Below, in pieces: positions 18,793-30,436 of a stretch of 64,000 bases of DNA; position 1 is the first letter of the stretch; every line of letters begins with the position of its first letter. This DNA is from Candidatus Kaiserbacteria bacterium (GTDB lineage Bacteria; Patescibacteriota; Minisyncoccia; Phycocordibacterales; JABAAK01). The notes below the pieces were generated by a model. It did no database searches and was not told the DNA's origin. It saw only the letters and a program-made list of their open reading frames with translations. Position numbers and translations under genes: made by a program. The stretch covers positions 609 through 64,608 of the forward strand of contig JAPPJI010000025.1 in NCBI GenBank assembly GCA_028820405.1, read 5' to 3'.

Positions 18793-20022
18793 TCAGGAAA
18801 GAAATGACTGTGATCGTTTTTTTCGATGCCGAGACATGGCAAATCGATGTGCCTCAGTGTTTGACGTGATAATGACCCGTTCGTGTTCAGAAGCGAGTGA
18901 TGCGTCACCGAGAACCTCACGCGGTTTGTGTCGCTCATCTTTGACCACAGAGACAATCGGTATGCTCAATCCATAATCAGAGAGAATTCGTTCTGCGGCA
19001 CGAAGGTGTGCTTTGCCGCCATCGACAACAATGAGTTGCGGAAGCCGCCACTCCGCGTGACCGAGTCGACGAGTGAGTATCTCTCGCAAACCGGCAATGT
19101 CGTCACCCGGCACCGAATGGATAGTGAAGGTGCGGTAATCGGTAAATGACCGTTCACCGTTAATGAATGCAACCATAACACCGATTGCCTGTTTACCACC
19201 GAGGTGTGCAATATCGTACGCTTCGACCCGAAATGCCGTGTCACTTTCATCAACCAGCTCATCCCGCTTAATCAGGTGAACATCTTGAATATGAGTAAGC
19301 GAGAGGATGCGTCGACGAAGGACTTCGGCTTCTTCGAATTCCTGTTCCTGTACATGATCCCGCATCTCACGCTCAAGCAGGGTAATGAGTTGTTTTTTCT
19401 TTCCCTCAAACACCATACGGATCTCACGAATCCGTTTTTTATACTGCTCTGCATCCACCTCACCGGAACAGACACCGGGACAGAGTCCGATCTGGGCTCT
19501 GAAACACGGTCGCGTTCGACCTGCCGCAGCAGGAGTGCAGGTATCACGAAACGGCAGCAGCTTCCTGATCACACGCAATGCTTCTTTTAGGATTGACCCC
19601 CGGGGAAACGGTCCGTAGGTGTATCGAAAAGAGGTGCCGGGAACACCTCTTTCAAGATCACGGCCACGAACAACGAGAACCCGGGGAAACTCCTCATCGG
19701 TAATGCCAACATACTGAAAACTCTTATTATCCTTATCCACCACATTGTACGCCGGCTCATGTTTTTTAATGAGGTGTGCTTCTAAAATGTATGCCTCAAG
19801 GACACTGTCCGTCTCCTTCGTCTCAATCCGCTCTGTTTTCAGAAGTGCATCCACCATCCGCTGTCCGCGGTCCGCACCAAGACGCTCTGAAAAATAGCTC
19901 CGAATACGGTCTTGTAAATTGGTAGCCCGACCGACATAGAGAATCGTATCCTCAGCATCGAGGAAGAGGTATGCCCCCGGACCGTCTGAAAAAGCTGTAA
20001 AATCAACGTCTTTTCTGTCCAC
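18793..20022 (-). CDS. uvrC: excinuclease ABC subunit C (short form lacking the C-terminal HhH)
   Basis: It has a GIY-YIG domain (GAYLFLDAEDTILYVGRATNLQDRIRSYF), a UvrBC region and an RNaseH-like endonuclease domain (YDIAHLGG). At 409 aa it is shorter than the usual roughly 600. Confidence 0.8.
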   Translation of the reverse strand: MDRKDVDFTAFSDGPGAYLFLDAEDTILYVGRATNLQDRIRSYFSERLGADRGQRMVDALLKTERIETKETDSVLEAYILEAHLIKKHEPAYNVVDKDNKSFQYVGITDEEFPRVLVVRGRDLERGVPGTSFRYTYGPFPRGSILKEALRVIRKLLPFRDTCTPAAAGRTRPCFRAQIGLCPGVCSGEVDAEQYKKRIREIRMVFEGKKKQLITLLEREMRDHVQEQEFEEAEVLRRRILSLTHIQDVHLIKRDELVDESDTAFRVEAYDIAHLGGKQAIGVMVAFINGERSFTDYRTFTIHSVPGDDIAGLREILTRRLGHAEWRLPQLIVVDGGKAHLRAAERILSDYGLSIPIVSVVKDERHKPREVLGDASLASEHERVIITSNTEAHRFAMSRHRKKRSQSFLS

Positions 20023-20160
20023 ACCCCCATATTACCATGCCCAGAAAGCCATGCCATACCAGCCACTTGACTTTATGTAAAGAATATTATATATATGTAA
20101 CTAGGTGGTTGGTCTACGGAAAAACAATGTAATTGATTCCGTCGAGGACCCCACCATAGT

Positions 20161-20199
20161 GCACGGGCGACTCCCCCGCCCGTGCCTGTTTTACTTTAT
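20161..20199 (+). terminator. plus-strand Rho-independent terminator of a putative sRNA
   Basis: The perfect 9-bp hairpin GCACGGGCG-actcccc-CGCCCGTGC is followed by CTGTTTTACTTTAT. Confidence 0.45.
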
Positions 20200-20273
20200 A
20201 CATCTCACACGAAGCGCCATTCACATTACTAAATTACCTAACAAATTATCTGAATGACGCTTCGTGAGGGATG

Positions 20274-20310
20274 GATAAAAAGAAGCCCACCGAATATCTC
20301 GGTGGGCTTC
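20274..20310 (-). terminator. minus-strand terminator of the thrS-uvrA operon
   Basis: A 12-bp hairpin GAAGCCCACCGA-atatc-TCGGTGGGCTTC is followed on the minus strand by TTTTTAT. Confidence 0.55.
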
Positions 20311-20367
20311 GTCATTGCACGCCACCATATGGTGATCAGTGCTGTGAGAGCAGTGCCTCTCCCCACA

Positions 20368-20661
20368 TTATTTGTCCGGTCCGCCACCTCTGCTGCTGGC
20401 GACACCTCGTCCCGTTCGACCGTAACGCTTGTTTGCACTCTGACGTCGTCGGGGACGCCTCCGTCTCCGATTTACCGCAATTCCGGTAGCCAAAGGCTCC
20501 TTCTGCTGACGGATAGGACTGCACTTACTCCCCATAAGACCCTCCTTAGTTGTGTAAAAGATAAAGAGACCCTGCGAGGAGACCGGTTCCTCACAGATTT
20601 GTAGTATACAACAATACGCACTGCCGTGCACACAATCACAATAAATATCTTCTTTTGTCAA
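20368..20661 (-). CDS. hypothetical small Arg-rich protein between uvrA and its terminator
   Basis: It starts 4 nt after the uvrA stop and contains ..GIAVNRRRRRPRRRQSANKRYGRTGRG... It lies upstream of the operon terminator. No family is recognised. Confidence 0.25.
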   Translation of the reverse strand: MTKEDIYCDCVHGSAYCCILQICEEPVSSQGLFIFYTTKEGLMGSKCSPIRQQKEPLATGIAVNRRRRRPRRRQSANKRYGRTGRGVASSRGGGPDK

Positions 20662-20664
20662 CTA

Positions 20665-23286
20665 TTATTTCTTTCGCTCCTTTCCGAGCATCTTCTTTAG
20701 ATAAGTGCCGGTATGGCTCTTTGCAGTGGCAGCCACCGCTTCCGGCGTACCCTTCGCGACAATAGTGCCGCCGTCTGCACCGCCTTCAGGACCCATATCA
20801 ATCACATAGTCGCAGCTCTTGATCACATCAAGGTTGTGTTCGATGAGGAGCACCGTATTTCCCCGATCAACGAGACGATTTAAAATCTCAATCAAGCGGG
20901 CAACATCTTCATAGTGGAGCCCCACCGTCGGCTCATCGAGAAGGTATATCGTTCGATGCAGGTCAGGCCGATAAAGCTCTGATGCAATTTTGACCCGCTG
21001 TGCCTCTCCGCCGGAGAGTGTCGTTGACGGCTGACCGAGTTCAAGGTATCCGAGACCGACATCAACAAGTGTCTTGAGCCGGTCATGAATAGCGGGGATG
21101 TCTTTGAAAAACACTTCGGCCTCTTCGACAGACATACTGAGCACATCGTGAATATTTTTTTCCCGATAGAGGATGCTGAGCACCTCTTTGCTGTACCGCT
21201 TGCCGAAACAGGAATCACAGACAACGTACATCGTCGGCAGAAAGTGCATTTCGACTGCAATTGACCCGTTCCCCTGACACTTCTCACACCGACCGCCGGT
21301 GACGTTGAAAGAAAATCGTCCCGGCTTCCAGCCACGATACCGGGCTTCCGCTGTTGATGCAAAAAGATCTCTGATGTGGGTGAAGGCACCGACGTAGGTA
21401 ACCGGCGTGGATCGAGGGGTCCGACCGATCGGAGACTGGTCGACGAGAATCGCCCGATGCAGTTTTTCATACCCTGAGAACGAAGCGGCATGCATCGGTT
21501 TTGCAACAGCAAGTCTTGGTTCAAGCTTGTGTCGCAGGTTGAGGTAGATGAGGTCATGGAGCAGCGTTGATTTTCCGGATCCGGAGACACCGGTGATCGC
21601 AGTGATTTTACCCAGCGGCACGTCGATAGAAACATTTTGTATGTTGTTCGCCGATGCACCCTTCAGTGACAAAGCCCCATCGTCATTTGTCCGACGCTTC
21701 TCCGGCACGGCAATTGTTCGATCACCGCGCAGATATGCAAGGGTCAGTGACCCTGAAGTGTTTCGCTTCTTGGCAAGGAGGTGGTCAAGAAATCCTGAAA
21801 CCACCACCTCACCGCCGTGCAACCCGGCCTTCGGACCGATATCAACGAGGTAGTCTGACGCGAAGATGGTGTCCTCGTCATGCTCAACAACAATGATAGT
21901 ATTGCCGAGGTCACGGAGACGGATCAGTGTCTGAATCAATCGGTCATTGTCACGCTGGTGGAGTCCGATAGTGGGCTCATCAAGTACATACAGTGCACCG
22001 ACCAGTCCTGACCCGAGCTGCGACGCGAGCCTGATACGCTGTGACTCACCGCCGGAGAGTGTGTTCGCACGACGATCAAGGGTAATATACGAAAGACCGA
22101 CATCGTCGAGAAAGGAAATTCTGCTTTCAATCTCATTGAGCAAAGGTGCTGCGATCTCCCGTTGCTGATCGGAGAGGTCAATCTGTTTGAAAAACGACGT
22201 TGATTCGGCGATCGTGAGGGTAGTGATACTGGAGATGGTTGAGAGATTTCCCGATGTATCTTTAAGAAAGACGTGGAGCGCCTCAGGACGGAGCCGCGAT
22301 CCCTGGCAGGTCTTGCAGACATCATCGGAAAAGTACTCAGCGTGACCAAGTCCGTTACAATCCGGACATGCACCGTACGGCGAGTTGAATGAAAAGAGGC
22401 GGGGCTCAATCTCCGGGAACGAGAAACCGCAGACCGGACAGAGAAACCGCGAGGAGACGAGACTGTCGCTCTCATCAGGGTAGAAGAATCGAACCAGGCC
22501 GTCAGCTTCGTGAATTGACCGATCAACGGCATCCGACAAACGTTCCCGAAATACACCGGGGTCCTTCGCATAGTCACTGAGGTAGAGGGAGTCAACGAGG
22601 ATGTCAACATCGTGCTTCTTGTTCTTGTCCATCACAATACGGGTCCGCAGACTTTGCAGTGTGCCGTCAATGCGTGCAGTCTCATACCCTTTCCGCAGCA
22701 GATCGTAGAGCAGTTGGTAGTGCTCTCCTTTTCGACCGATGACAACGGGGGCAAATACCTGAATGATACGATCATTGAGAGGAACCTTCGCAACAGTCTT
22801 TGTCTTGCTTAACCACTTCTCTTCTTTGATTTTTTTTTCAACGGTACGAATAATGTCATCTTTGGAAACCTTCTCTATAACACGAGAACACGTCGGACAG
22901 TGCGGTGTGCCGACCCGGGAGAAGAGGACACGGAGGTAGTCATACAGCTCGGTAATCGTCGCAACTGTTGACCGAGGGTTATTGGAACGATTCTTCTGAT
23001 CAATGGATATTGCCGGCGAGAGACCGGATATCTCCCGCACCTCCGGCTTTTGCATCTGTCGAAGAAACTGCCGTGCATACGTTGAAAGTGATTCAATGTA
23101 CCGTCGCTGTCCTTCAGCAAAAATGGTATCAAACGCGAGTGATGATTTCCCTGACCCCGAAAGACCGGTGCAGACGGTCAGCATGTTGCGGGGAATATCA
23201 ACGTCAATATCTTTCAGGTTATGTGTCGCCGCACCACGAATCCGTATCCAGTCATCCTCTGTTTTTTTCTTCTTTGCCGTTGCCAT
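20665..23286 (-). CDS. uvrA: excinuclease ABC subunit A
   Basis: It has two ABC ATPase modules ([14 protein letters not shown].., LSGGE) and zinc-finger cysteines. At 873 aa it is somewhat short. Confidence 0.9.
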   Translation of the reverse strand: MATAKKKKTEDDWIRIRGAATHNLKDIDVDIPRNMLTVCTGLSGSGKSSLAFDTIFAEGQRRYIESLSTYARQFLRQMQKPEVREISGLSPAISIDQKNRSNNPRSTVATITELYDYLRVLFSRVGTPHCPTCSRVIEKVSKDDIIRTVEKKIKEEKWLSKTKTVAKVPLNDRIIQVFAPVVIGRKGEHYQLLYDLLRKGYETARIDGTLQSLRTRIVMDKNKKHDVDILVDSLYLSDYAKDPGVFRERLSDAVDRSIHEADGLVRFFYPDESDSLVSSRFLCPVCGFSFPEIEPRLFSFNSPYGACPDCNGLGHAEYFSDDVCKTCQGSRLRPEALHVFLKDTSGNLSTISSITTLTIAESTSFFKQIDLSDQQREIAAPLLNEIESRISFLDDVGLSYITLDRRANTLSGGESQRIRLASQLGSGLVGALYVLDEPTIGLHQRDNDRLIQTLIRLRDLGNTIIVVEHDEDTIFASDYLVDIGPKAGLHGGEVVVSGFLDHLLAKKRNTSGSLTLAYLRGDRTIAVPEKRRTNDDGALSLKGASANNIQNVSIDVPLGKITAITGVSGSGKSTLLHDLIYLNLRHKLEPRLAVAKPMHAASFSGYEKLHRAILVDQSPIGRTPRSTPVTYVGAFTHIRDLFASTAEARYRGWKPGRFSFNVTGGRCEKCQGNGSIAVEMHFLPTMYVVCDSCFGKRYSKEVLSILYREKNIHDVLSMSVEEAEVFFKDIPAIHDRLKTLVDVGLGYLELGQPSTTLSGGEAQRVKIASELYRPDLHRTIYLLDEPTVGLHYEDVARLIEILNRLVDRGNTVLLIEHNLDVIKSCDYVIDMGPEGGADGGTIVAKGTPEAVAATAKSHTGTYLKKMLGKERKK

Positions 23287-23288
23287 AT

Positions 23289-25049
23289 CTACGAGAACAC
23301 GTCATTCTCCCGGGCAAAACGTTCACAGCAGTCAGCAAGCGATATCACCTCTTTGCTCTCCCCGTGCTCAAGTGTCACGGAACGCCGTTCCGCCTCTTTT
23401 GAGCCAACGACCACCCGATACGGCAGGTGTTCTGCATACGCTTTCGCAACCCGCTTGCCGATCGGTTCATGTGCCAGATCAGCGTCCGCACGAATACCGT
23501 GAGAGCGAAGCGTTGCAAGCACTTCATGTGCATACGCATGTGCATCAGGATTGATCGGAAGGACGCGAACCTGCAGCGGTGCGAGGAAGAACGGAAATAC
23601 TCCTGCAAAGTGTTCAATCATGATGCCGAGAAACCGCTCAATAGATCCGGTCACCGCACGGTGGATCATGACCGGTGTCTTCTTTTTCCCGTCCGTGTCA
23701 ACGTAGGTGAGAGAAAATCGCTCGGGCATAACGAAGTCCAGCTGGATCGTTGCAAGCTGCCAGGTTCTGCCGATAGAATCTTTAAAGTGAAAATCAATCT
23801 TCGGACCATAGAATGCGGCTTCACCGGGCTCTTCGGAAAACGAAAGACCCTTTTTGCGAAGAGCATCAGCGAGCACCTGCTCGGCATGCTGCCACGTCGC
23901 ATCATCACCGAGATATTTCTCCCTATCACCCCCCCGAGTTGAAAGAAGAATGGTGCAATCATCCCCTTTGAAAAAACCGAGTGCCCGGTACCAGGTCTCG
24001 ATAAACGAAATGGTGGACGCAACCTCGTCTTCAATCTGATCAGGAGTACAGAAGATGTGACCGTCATCCTGCGTCAGACTCAGCACCCGTGTCAGACCGA
24101 GCAGCTCCCCTTTCTGCTCGTCGCGATACACCGTTGTCTGTTCTGCATACCGAACCGGCAGGTCATGGTAGCTTTTAGGTGAGCTTGCATAAACCTGCGT
24201 GTGGTGCGGACAGTTCATGGGCTTGAGAACAAACGAATCGTGCCGACCTTGCACCGAGAACAACTCATCACCAAATTTATCCCAGTGACCGGATTGCTCA
24301 TAGAGGTCCTGTTTTGCAAGGTGCGGTATCCAGATACGTTCATAGCCGTGTCGATCAAGAAGTACCGACAGTGCCTGCTCAATTGCATGACGAAGTGCAG
24401 TGCCGCGAGGAGTAAAGAGCGGGAGACCGGGACCGACCAGCGGCGAAAATGAGAAGAGACCGAGCTTTTTTCCGAGCGTTCGGTGATCACGCTTCTTTGC
24501 CTCCTCAAGCATCTGCACGTGGCTTTCAAGGTCTTCTCGCGAATCAAACGCGAGACCATAGACCCGGGTCAGCATGTCATTCTTCTCGTCACCCCGCCAG
24601 TATGCACCGGCAACTGACCGGAGCGTAAAGCCGTCCATGCATACCTCTTGCAGAGAATCCGCATGACCGCCGCCGCAAAGATCCGTAAAGTCACCCGATG
24701 TGTACAGTGACAAGTCCGACCCTTCCTTTTCGATCTGATCAATGAGTTCCAATTTATACGGATTATTAGCAAAGAGGTCACGAGCTTCGTTAACAGAGAT
24801 GACCCGTCGATCAAACAAAGTCCACGCCGGTGCAATGTCCCGCATCTTTTGCTCAATGACCGGAAGATCGTCAACAGAGAGCGGTGAGGGGAGCAGGGCG
24901 TCGTAGTAGAATCCGTCATCCGTGGCAGGACCGATAGCAAGTTTCGTCCCGGGATACATATCTACCAGAGCAGCACCGAGGAGGTGTGCCAGTGAATGAC
25001 GTCGCCGTTGCAGCCTGTCGTCAGAGCGCATACTCATACAGGGTATCAC
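23289..25049 (-). CDS. thrS: threonyl-tRNA synthetase (no N-terminal TGS domain)
   Basis: It has an N2 editing domain ([17 protein letters not shown]), a class II catalytic core ([14 protein letters not shown]) and an anticodon-binding domain. Confidence 0.9.
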   Translation of the reverse strand: MIPCMSMRSDDRLQRRRHSLAHLLGAALVDMYPGTKLAIGPATDDGFYYDALLPSPLSVDDLPVIEQKMRDIAPAWTLFDRRVISVNEARDLFANNPYKLELIDQIEKEGSDLSLYTSGDFTDLCGGGHADSLQEVCMDGFTLRSVAGAYWRGDEKNDMLTRVYGLAFDSREDLESHVQMLEEAKKRDHRTLGKKLGLFSFSPLVGPGLPLFTPRGTALRHAIEQALSVLLDRHGYERIWIPHLAKQDLYEQSGHWDKFGDELFSVQGRHDSFVLKPMNCPHHTQVYASSPKSYHDLPVRYAEQTTVYRDEQKGELLGLTRVLSLTQDDGHIFCTPDQIEDEVASTISFIETWYRALGFFKGDDCTILLSTRGGDREKYLGDDATWQHAEQVLADALRKKGLSFSEEPGEAAFYGPKIDFHFKDSIGRTWQLATIQLDFVMPERFSLTYVDTDGKKKTPVMIHRAVTGSIERFLGIMIEHFAGVFPFFLAPLQVRVLPINPDAHAYAHEVLATLRSHGIRADADLAHEPIGKRVAKAYAEHLPYRVVVGSKEAERRSVTLEHGESKEVISLADCCERFARENDVFS

Positions 25050-25064
25050 GAGCAGGAAAAACCT

Positions 25065-25517
25065 TCAAAACCCGTCGTCATGCATAAACGGACCGCGTGC
25101 TGATGCCCTGGTAGCGAGACTATCTGCCGTCTCGTTCCCTTCCTCATTTGAGTGACCCTTGATCCATCGAAACGCAACATGGCTGCCAACCAGCCGGTGG
25201 AGATGTTGCCAGAGATCTTTGTTTTTCACCGGTCGCCTGTTTGCCGTTTGCCATCCGTTCTTCTCCCATCCGGTCATCCACTGCGTGATGCCTTTCCGTG
25301 CATACTCACTGTCGGTCCAGACGGTGACCTGCTCGGCATCGCCATACTTTTCAAGCACGGCAATAATGGCACGGAGTTCCATGCGATTATTCGTTGTTTT
25401 GTAGTATCCCTGAGAAAAGGTGTGGTCAATCGCTCCGTCCTTGTACACCACCGCACCAATGCCGCCAGGACCCGGATTTCCCTTACATGAGCCGTCGGTG
25501 TAGACTTCATACCGCAT
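25065..25517 (-). CDS. rnhA: ribonuclease HI
   Basis: MRYEVYTDGSCKGNPGPGGIGAVV.. matches RNase H. The start is trimmed to this Met; the longer ORF overlaps the divergent ftsK promoter region. Confidence 0.85.
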   Translation of the reverse strand: MRYEVYTDGSCKGNPGPGGIGAVVYKDGAIDHTFSQGYYKTTNNRMELRAIIAVLEKYGDAEQVTVWTDSEYARKGITQWMTGWEKNGWQTANRRPVKNKDLWQHLHRLVGSHVAFRWIKGHSNEEGNETADSLATRASARGPFMHDDGF

Positions 25518-25609
25518 ATACACACGAAGGATACCACGGCACAGATGCCCTGAACAGCCGAAAAGGGCAGCATACGAAACGGAAAATACATGCGATACTC
25601 TATACATAT

Positions 25610-27772
25610 ATGGCACGGAAAAAACGAGGTCAGCCGGATGCAGACGAATATGATGAGGAGGAACATCATGATCGATCGCGGGTAAAAAGTATTGTTGTTG
25701 GCTGTTTTTGTATCCTGATTGCCCTCTTTCTCTCGCTTGCTGCCGTTGATGCTGCCGGGTCACTCGGCATGATGGCAAAATCGAGGCTCTTCATGAGTCC
25801 GGACAATGCCCTCCCCATCCTCGGCTGGAGCTACGTTACCGCCATTGTTCTCTTTCTCATCTTCGGTATCTACCTCATCACACAAACACGACATATCTCA
25901 CTTGTCCGCCTCTTCATCGGCGGAGCGATCGCTTTTATCAGCTTTGCCCTCTTCTTTTCAGCAAGTGCAACTGAAGCGGCAGGCGGTCTCGTTGGCACCA
26001 ACCTCTTCATGACACTCCAGGAACTCCTCGGCTTTTTCTCATACATTCTCATCCCGATTGGTATCGTGGGATCACTCTGGACACTCGGCGTGTTCTCCCC
26101 TATCAACGTCTGGGAATGGGCAACAAGTCATGAGTGGTTTGAGGAGGAGGAAGATGATGACGAGGAGGAAGATGAAGATGGTGAGGAAGAGGACGAGGAG
26201 GAAGATGATGACGAAGAAGATGACTATGATGGCGAAGGCACATATGACTATGACAATGACGAGGAAGAGGGCGGTGAGGAGGAGGAAGGTCAGTCTGCTG
26301 CCGCTCACCAGCCAGACGCATACATTGCCCCACCGCTCTCCCTTCTCAACGCGGAAAAGGGTCACGGGCGATCAGAGAACACAAAAACACAGGCAAACGC
26401 TATCAGGCGTACACTCCGCAACTTCAAGGTCAACGTCGAAGTTGAAGAGATCACCGTCGGACCGACGTTCACTCAGTACGCAGTCCGCCCTGCCGAAGGT
26501 GTCAGGCTCTCACGCATCACCGGATTGCAGCAGAACCTTGAATTGGCACTCGCGGCACACCCGATCCGTATCGAGGCACCGATCCCCGGTCAATCGCTGG
26601 TCGGTATTGAAGTGCCGAATACGATACGGGCGATGGTCGGGCTTCGCACCCTTCTTGAGTCAAAGAGTTTCACGTCAATGCGAGAGTCATCACTCCCGCT
26701 CGTACTCGGAAAAACTATCACCGGATCAGTCTCCGTCAAATCACTCGTGAAGATGCCGCACGTCCTCGTTGCCGGCACCACCGGATCAGGAAAAAGTGTT
26801 CTCATCCACAACTTCATCCTCTCCCTCCTCTTCTCGTACAGCCCGAACGACCTTCGATTCATTTTTATCGACCCGAAGCGTGTCGAGCTCACCCTCTACA
26901 AAGGAATCCCCCACCTCTACACCGCTCCGATTACCGAACCGAAAAAGGCACTGCAGGCACTCGTCTGGATTGTCTCGGAAATGGAACGGCGATATGAACT
27001 TCTGGAAAACCTCGGTGCACGGGATATCACCTCGTACAACAAAAAGGTTGACGAACAGGGAGAACACCTCCCCTACCTCGTCGTGATCATCGACGAACTC
27101 GCTGATCTCATGCAGAGCTTCCCGCGGGAGATTGAGGGAAACATCGTTCGCATTGCCCAGAAGAGCCGGGCTGTCGGCATCCACCTCATCATCTCCACCC
27201 AGCGACCTTCCGTCAACATCATCACCGGTGTCGTCAAAGCAAATATTCCCGTTCGTATTGCCCTGCAAGTTGCCTCAAATGTTGACTCCCGAACGATTCT
27301 TGACACACCTGGGGCTGAAAACCTCATCGGTAACGGTGACCTTCTCTTCTCGTCATCTGACAGCAAGAAACCGGTGCGCATGCAGTCAGCATTTGTCACA
27401 GAAGAAGAGGTTCGGTCTGTCGCAAAACACCTCCTTGAGCACAATGGTGTTGCGGAAAACCTTATTGACGTTACGGCAAAACAAGACGGCGGAAACGGCA
27501 TCAGCGTGGGAGGCGGATCAGACGACAGTGAGGACAACCTGTACCCGGAAGCTCTTGCCATCGTGATTGAATCGCAAAAAGCATCAACATCGCTGTTGCA
27601 AAGAAAACTGAAGATTGGGTACTCTCGAGCCGCACGACTCATTGATATGCTTGAAGAACAGGGAGTGATTGGTCCGCAGGTCGGATCAAAAGCCCGGGAA
27701 GTGCTCGTCGGCGAAGAGGAGACCGGTCTTGACCAAACGGACAGAGAAGATGACGAACCTGAGAACGGATAG
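25610..27772 (+). CDS. ftsK: DNA translocase FtsK/SpoIIIE
   Basis: It has N-terminal transmembrane segments, an acidic E/D-rich low-complexity linker, a motor domain (VAGTTGSGKSV) and a C-terminal gamma winged-helix domain. Confidence 0.85.
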   Translation: MARKKRGQPDADEYDEEEHHDRSRVKSIVVGCFCILIALFLSLAAVDAAGSLGMMAKSRLFMSPDNALPILGWSYVTAIVLFLIFGIYLITQTRHISLVRLFIGGAIAFISFALFFSASATEAAGGLVGTNLFMTLQELLGFFSYILIPIGIVGSLWTLGVFSPINVWEWATSHEWFEEEEDDDEEEDEDGEEEDEEEDDDEEDDYDGEGTYDYDNDEEEGGEEEEGQSAAAHQPDAYIAPPLSLLNAEKGHGRSENTKTQANAIRRTLRNFKVNVEVEEITVGPTFTQYAVRPAEGVRLSRITGLQQNLELALAAHPIRIEAPIPGQSLVGIEVPNTIRAMVGLRTLLESKSFTSMRESSLPLVLGKTITGSVSVKSLVKMPHVLVAGTTGSGKSVLIHNFILSLLFSYSPNDLRFIFIDPKRVELTLYKGIPHLYTAPITEPKKALQALVWIVSEMERRYELLENLGARDITSYNKKVDEQGEHLPYLVVIIDELADLMQSFPREIEGNIVRIAQKSRAVGIHLIISTQRPSVNIITGVVKANIPVRIALQVASNVDSRTILDTPGAENLIGNGDLLFSSSDSKKPVRMQSAFVTEEEVRSVAKHLLEHNGVAENLIDVTAKQDGGNGISVGGGSDDSEDNLYPEALAIVIESQKASTSLLQRKLKIGYSRAARLIDMLEEQGVIGPQVGSKAREVLVGEEETGLDQTDREDDEPENG

Positions 27773-27775
27773 CGT

Positions 27776-28126
27776 ATGCGGTTGCTCAGTATCGCCGTCA
27801 TACTCCTCGTTGTTGTCACCATCACCTACGCAGGTATCCGTTCACAGACCCTCTTCTTCGGACCGCCGATCACCATCACTACCCCGGCGGCTCATGCACC
27901 CGTGCCGCAGGTGCTCACCGTCGTCGGTCAGACGGATCAGGCAACCTATCTCGCCATAAATGACCAGCGGGTACACCCGAATCTGGACGGACATTTTGAG
28001 CACACGCTCGTTCTGCCGGTAGGGTATACTGTCATACAAGTGTATACGAGAAATCGTCACGCACGAGAACACGTTATCCATCTCCCAATCGACGTTTATG
28101 ACTCCATTCAAGAAGAAATCAAGTAG
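27776..28126 (+). CDS. hypothetical small membrane-anchored protein
   Basis: It has an N-terminal transmembrane segment and starts 4 nt after the ftsK stop. It overlaps the recA start. Confidence 0.4.
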   Translation: MRLLSIAVILLVVVTITYAGIRSQTLFFGPPITITTPAAHAPVPQVLTVVGQTDQATYLAINDQRVHPNLDGHFEHTLVLPVGYTVIQVYTRNRHAREHVIHLPIDVYDSIQEEIK

Positions 28127-29132
28127 TAAGAAGAAAGCTGCACCGGCAAAAAAGAAGCGGGTTGACTCGCTCTCGGCCGCTCTCTCAAGCATCCAGACTA
28201 AGTTTGGCGAGGAATCCATTATGACGATGGGCGAACGCCCGAAACAACGCATTGAAGCAGTTCCCACAGGCTCACTCGGTCTCGATACTGCTATCGGCAT
28301 CGGGGGTGTTCCGAGAGGACGCATCATTGAAATCTTCGGACCGGAATCGTCGGGAAAAACAACGCTGGCACTCCACATTGTCGCTGAGGCACAGAAACAG
28401 GGGGGTGTCTGTGCGTTCATTGACGCAGAACACGCCCTTGACCCCGAGTATGCGGGTCGCATCGGCGTCAATACCGACAGTCTTCTCATCTCACAACCGG
28501 ACACCGGTGAACAGGCACTTGAAATTACCGACTCACTGGTTCGAACCAATGAGGTTGATGTTATTGTCATTGACTCTGTCGCGGCACTGACACCAAAAGC
28601 TGAAATTGAAGGAGATATGGGTGACCAGCACGTCGGTCGACAGGCACGACTAATGAGCCAGGCACTGCGAAAGCTCACCGCCATCGTCTCCCGATCATCA
28701 ACCGCCATTATTTTTATCAACCAAATTCGCATGCAAATCGGTGTCATGTTCGGTAATCCGGAGACGACACCGGGGGGTAAAGCGCTTAAGTTCTACAGCT
28801 CACTCCGGCTCGATGTCCGTCGCATCGCACAAATTAAAAAATCTGATGAAGTGATGGGTAACCGCGTGCGCATCAAGGTGGTGAAGAACAAGGTGGGGTC
28901 ACCGTATCGAACCGCTGAGTTTGATCTCATGTACAACGAAGGCATCACCAGAGAAGGTGAGTTGCTCGCACTTGGCGAAAAATATGAACTGGTTGAGAAG
29001 CGAGGAGCGTCATATAGCTACGGCGAGCATAAGCTCGGTCGGGGGTATGATGCATCCCGAACGTTTTTGAAAGAAAATAAACCGATTGCAAAGAAACTGG
29101 AAAAGGACATACAAAGCAGTCTCCATGTATGA
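28098..29132 (+). CDS. recA: recombinase RecA with a Lys-rich N-terminal extension
   Basis: GPESSGKTT, the L1/L2 loops and the full-length core match RecA. Confidence 0.9.
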   Translation: MTPFKKKSSSKKKAAPAKKKRVDSLSAALSSIQTKFGEESIMTMGERPKQRIEAVPTGSLGLDTAIGIGGVPRGRIIEIFGPESSGKTTLALHIVAEAQKQGGVCAFIDAEHALDPEYAGRIGVNTDSLLISQPDTGEQALEITDSLVRTNEVDVIVIDSVAALTPKAEIEGDMGDQHVGRQARLMSQALRKLTAIVSRSSTAIIFINQIRMQIGVMFGNPETTPGGKALKFYSSLRLDVRRIAQIKKSDEVMGNRVRIKVVKNKVGSPYRTAEFDLMYNEGITREGELLALGEKYELVEKRGASYSYGEHKLGRGYDASRTFLKENKPIAKKLEKDIQSSLHV

Positions 29133-29689
29133 GCCTCACCTACACTGATCTTCGTCCCGGCGTTTTTTTCCGAATGGACGGCGACCTTTACGAAACGATC
29201 AGCACCACCGTCTCTAAAAAGAGTCGGCAAAAAGGATCCGCACAAGCCCGTCTCAAACACCTTACATCAGGAGCCGTTGTATCAAAAACCGTCCGACCGT
29301 CCGACCGCCTTGAGGAGGTGTCGCTGACAAAAAAGACCTACATCTTTATCTATCAAAAAGGAGGTGAAGCGGTGATTCATCCGGAAGGAGTGCCGTCTGA
29401 CCGAATAACCGTTCCTGTATCCGGTGACGGGTACCGCCTCATCCCTTCCGGTCAGACGATAACTGCACTCCTTGACGGCGATGATGTTGTCAGTCTGATG
29501 CTGCCGATAAAGGTGGTGGTATCAGTAACCGATGCACCGCCGTCAATCCGTGGCAACACGACGCAGGGAGGGTCAAAACGGGTCACCGTTGAAACAGGGG
29601 CTTCGGTCACTGTTCCGCTCTTCATTGAAGCAGGAGACCGTATCGTTGTAAAACCGGCAGAAGGTACCTATATTGAACGGGCTCGATAA
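29129..29689 (+). CDS. efp: elongation factor P
   Basis: [33 protein letters not shown] is the EF-P signature. Confidence 0.85.
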   Translation: MSLTYTDLRPGVFFRMDGDLYETISTTVSKKSRQKGSAQARLKHLTSGAVVSKTVRPSDRLEEVSLTKKTYIFIYQKGGEAVIHPEGVPSDRITVPVSGDGYRLIPSGQTITALLDGDDVVSLMLPIKVVVSVTDAPPSIRGNTTQGGSKRVTVETGASVTVPLFIEAGDRIVVKPAEGTYIERAR

Positions 29690-29774
29690 CAGGGTTTTTG
29701 CGATATTTGACATATTTTACGTATATTCTATAATATAAGTATACGATCGTTCACCTTTTACGGAGGCTGAGATA

Positions 29775-30032
29775 ATGCAAAAATTCATCATCGGCTTATT
29801 AGTCGTTGTCTTTATCGGCGTCGGCGTTGCTATTAGTAGCATCCTCTTCCCCCCTGTGATTGAGATAGAGGCCTGTCACTCTCAGGATGGAAAATATGCT
29901 ACATTTACGTTGCTTGATATCAAAAAAACCGTCAGAACCTCACGCGAATCAACAATCGAGGCGATGACGGAAATGGGCTTTGAAATAGAGCCTACCTCCG
30001 AGAGCTGCTACATCTACCGTAAAACGTTCTGA
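29775..30032 (+). CDS. small secreted/membrane-anchored protein, paralog A
   Basis: It has an N-terminal transmembrane/signal segment. The shared motif TSRES..E..EMGF is also in the ORF at 30163. It has its own TTGACA-16-TATAAT promoter and a downstream terminator. Confidence 0.5.
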   Translation: MQKFIIGLLVVVFIGVGVAISSILFPPVIEIEACHSQDGKYATFTLLDIKKTVRTSRESTIEAMTEMGFEIEPTSESCYIYRKTF

Positions 30033-30038
30033 CCCAAA

Positions 30039-30074
30039 ACACCCCGCAGGTTCTATGCCTGCGGGGTGCTTTTT
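30039..30074 (+). terminator. Rho-independent terminator
   Basis: The hairpin CACCCCGCAGG-ttctatg-CCTGCGGGGTG is followed by CTTTTTT. Confidence 0.6.
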
Positions 30075-30162
30075 TCACCCTATCCGGTAACTTGACAAAT
30101 ATTCTATAATATTACATAATATAACTAGTTGAACACTACCCCTCTATCTAGGAGATTATACC

Positions 30163-30414
30163 GTGAAAGCATTGAAGACATTGTCCTTCCTCATCGCCGT
30201 AGCAGTCATCACCATATTCGCTAGTGACCAATCTTCTTCAGCAACGTTTGAAGTTGTTGTCGAAGAAACCCCCGAAGGGGTCTCCGTCACCATCGATGAC
30301 ACCACGAGAGGAGCAACCACATCAAGAGAGTCCGTTGAAGAGACGCTCGCAGATATGGGATTCGCCCCCGTTTCGTCGGACGGCAACATCAGCGTCTGGC
30401 ACTACCGTCGATAA
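30163..30414 (+). CDS. small secreted/membrane-anchored protein, paralog B
   Basis: The motif TSRESVEETLADMGF is paralogous to the 29775 ORF. The promoter is TTGACA-17-CATAAT. Confidence 0.5.
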   Translation: MKALKTLSFLIAVAVITIFASDQSSSATFEVVVEETPEGVSVTIDDTTRGATTSRESVEETLADMGFAPVSSDGNISVWHYRR

Positions 30415-30436
30415 CAACTCTTCACAGGAGGTCGAC

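Noticed and set aside
20892-22610. 255-aa and 224-aa minus-strand ORFs in alternative frames of uvrA
   Set aside because: They overlap the uvrA coding frame, which has clear ABC and UvrA motifs. They are alternative-frame artefacts.
26150-26290. GA-rich repetitive stretch resembling a tandem repeat
   Set aside because: It encodes the E/D-rich low-complexity linker of FtsK in frame. It is not a CRISPR or a noncoding repeat.
28030-28100. Possible LexA/SOS box (GAACACGTTATC) upstream of recA
   Set aside because: There is only a weak half-palindrome. It is not repeated upstream of uvrA, uvrC or ssb.
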